17,788 nt of DNA from a virus (taxonomy: Duplodnaviria; Heunggongvirae; Uroviricota; Caudoviricetes): the IMG/VR virus record IMGVR_UViG_2870464427_000002. One strand, given 5' to 3'. The translations under genes and the position numbers were made by a program. Shown here piece by piece: positions 17,214 through 17,788 of the stretch; positions within the stretch are counted from its first letter, which is position 1; each line of letters opens with the position of its first letter. Under the pieces are notes generated by a model. That model saw only the letters and a list, made by a program, of their open reading frames with translations, was not told the origin of the DNA and searched no databases.

Positions 17214-17219
17214 ACAGTA
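17206..17219. promoter_or_regulatory. right half of the split LexA (SOS) box (duplicated spacer + ACAGTA)
   Basis: See left half. This half lies 21 bp upstream of a TTGACA hexamer. Confidence 0.45.
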
Positions 17220-17240
17220 TCGTGTAAAATGATACACCTG

Positions 17241-17270
17241 TTGACAAGAAACATAACGCAAACAATATAT
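17241..17270 (+). promoter_or_regulatory. candidate sigma70 promoter upstream of the Mor-family gene
   Basis: TTGACA (17241-17246), 17-18 nt spacer, then AATATAT (17264-17270). Followed by about 170 bp of AT-rich leader. Confidence 0.3.
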
Positions 17271-17440
17271 CTATTTCATGAATTTATGGCGTTCATTAAT
17301 ATTAAAAATTTATATTTTTGTTAATTGTTTATTTGTTTGTTGAATGTATTGAGTAGCAGTAATGACAACTGCTTAGCGTATATCCGTGGTTTTACACGCA
17401 TCGGGTCTTATTCAGGATGCAAGATATATGGAGATGAAAA

Positions 17441-17788
17441 ATGATACGAAAATCAAAAGAGATGGCCCGGACACCGGAGATCATTAACGACCTGGCTTTT
17501 CATGCATCGCAAGTTCTGATTGAAAGCATCAATCTCGACAGTTCATCGGCAGAAAATGTGGGCTTTGCCATTGCCGACCGAATGATGCGTAACTGGGGCG
17601 GACAAAGCATTTATTTCCCTAAGGGGATCTCCGGACGAGCATCGGAGCGTGACTACCAAATCTATAGCGAGTGCGATGGGCGCAACTACGCCGAATTAGC
17701 GAAGAAATATAATCTGACGCTGCAATGGATTTATAAGATTGTGAAACGCGTACATGCGGAAAAGCAACAGCGCCGCAGTAATTCGTAA
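17441..17788 (+). CDS. Mor/C-family transcriptional activator (phage Mu middle/late activator family)
   Basis: 115 aa. GGAG 7 nt upstream of the ATG. WGGQSIYFPKG...RD..I......G.NY.ELAKKYNLTLQWIYKIVKR aligns with Mu Mor (GGGQVYIPRG...RDLRIWNDFNGRNVSELTTRYGVTFNTVYKAIRR), including the C-terminal helix-turn-helix. Stop codon is the last three bases of the window. Confidence 0.75.
   Translation: MIRKSKEMARTPEIINDLAFHASQVLIESINLDSSSAENVGFAIADRMMRNWGGQSIYFPKGISGRASERDYQIYSECDGRNYAELAKKYNLTLQWIYKIVKRVHAEKQQRRSNS

Noticed and set aside
16579-17261. Minus-strand ORFs (71-134 aa) within and just after the transposase gene
   Set aside because: Antisense to the intact 406-aa transposase, or overlapping the terminal inverted repeat, with no supporting features.
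1-17788. tRNA genes or attachment-site repeats marking prophage ends
   Set aside because: I found no tRNA-like T-loop sequence or convincing long direct repeats at the cluster boundaries by eye; a dedicated tRNA and repeat scan would be needed to settle this.

Overview
Most of this window (about 780-15580) is a minus-strand contractile-tail gene cluster of Mu/P2 type, read from high to low coordinates: a lysis cassette (putative holin, signal-peptide lytic transglycosylase, membrane coiled-coil protein), an intrinsic terminator, two small tail-completion-like genes, sheath, tube, gpE-like chaperone, tape measure, gpU-like, gpX-like, gpD-like hub, gpV-like spike, gpW, gpJ, gpI, tail fiber, tail-fiber assembly chaperone, and a translationally coupled cargo gene. 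No capsid, portal or terminase gene lies in the window, so this is either a headless tailocin-like cassette or a defective Mu-like prophage tail module. Two lesions suggest it is decaying: the sheath gene is split by an apparent 1-nt frameshift, and a 1.3-kb ISL3-family insertion sequence (15890-17205) sits in the upstream regulatory region. That insertion is flanked by an 8-bp duplication which, when collapsed, restores a near-consensus LexA (SOS) box. A Mor/C-family activator gene lies on the plus strand right of the insertion and a nucleotidyltransferase gene with its own terminator on the far left. I saw no rRNA, tRNA or CRISPR. All calls come from reading the sequence and remembered family motifs; no database search was run.
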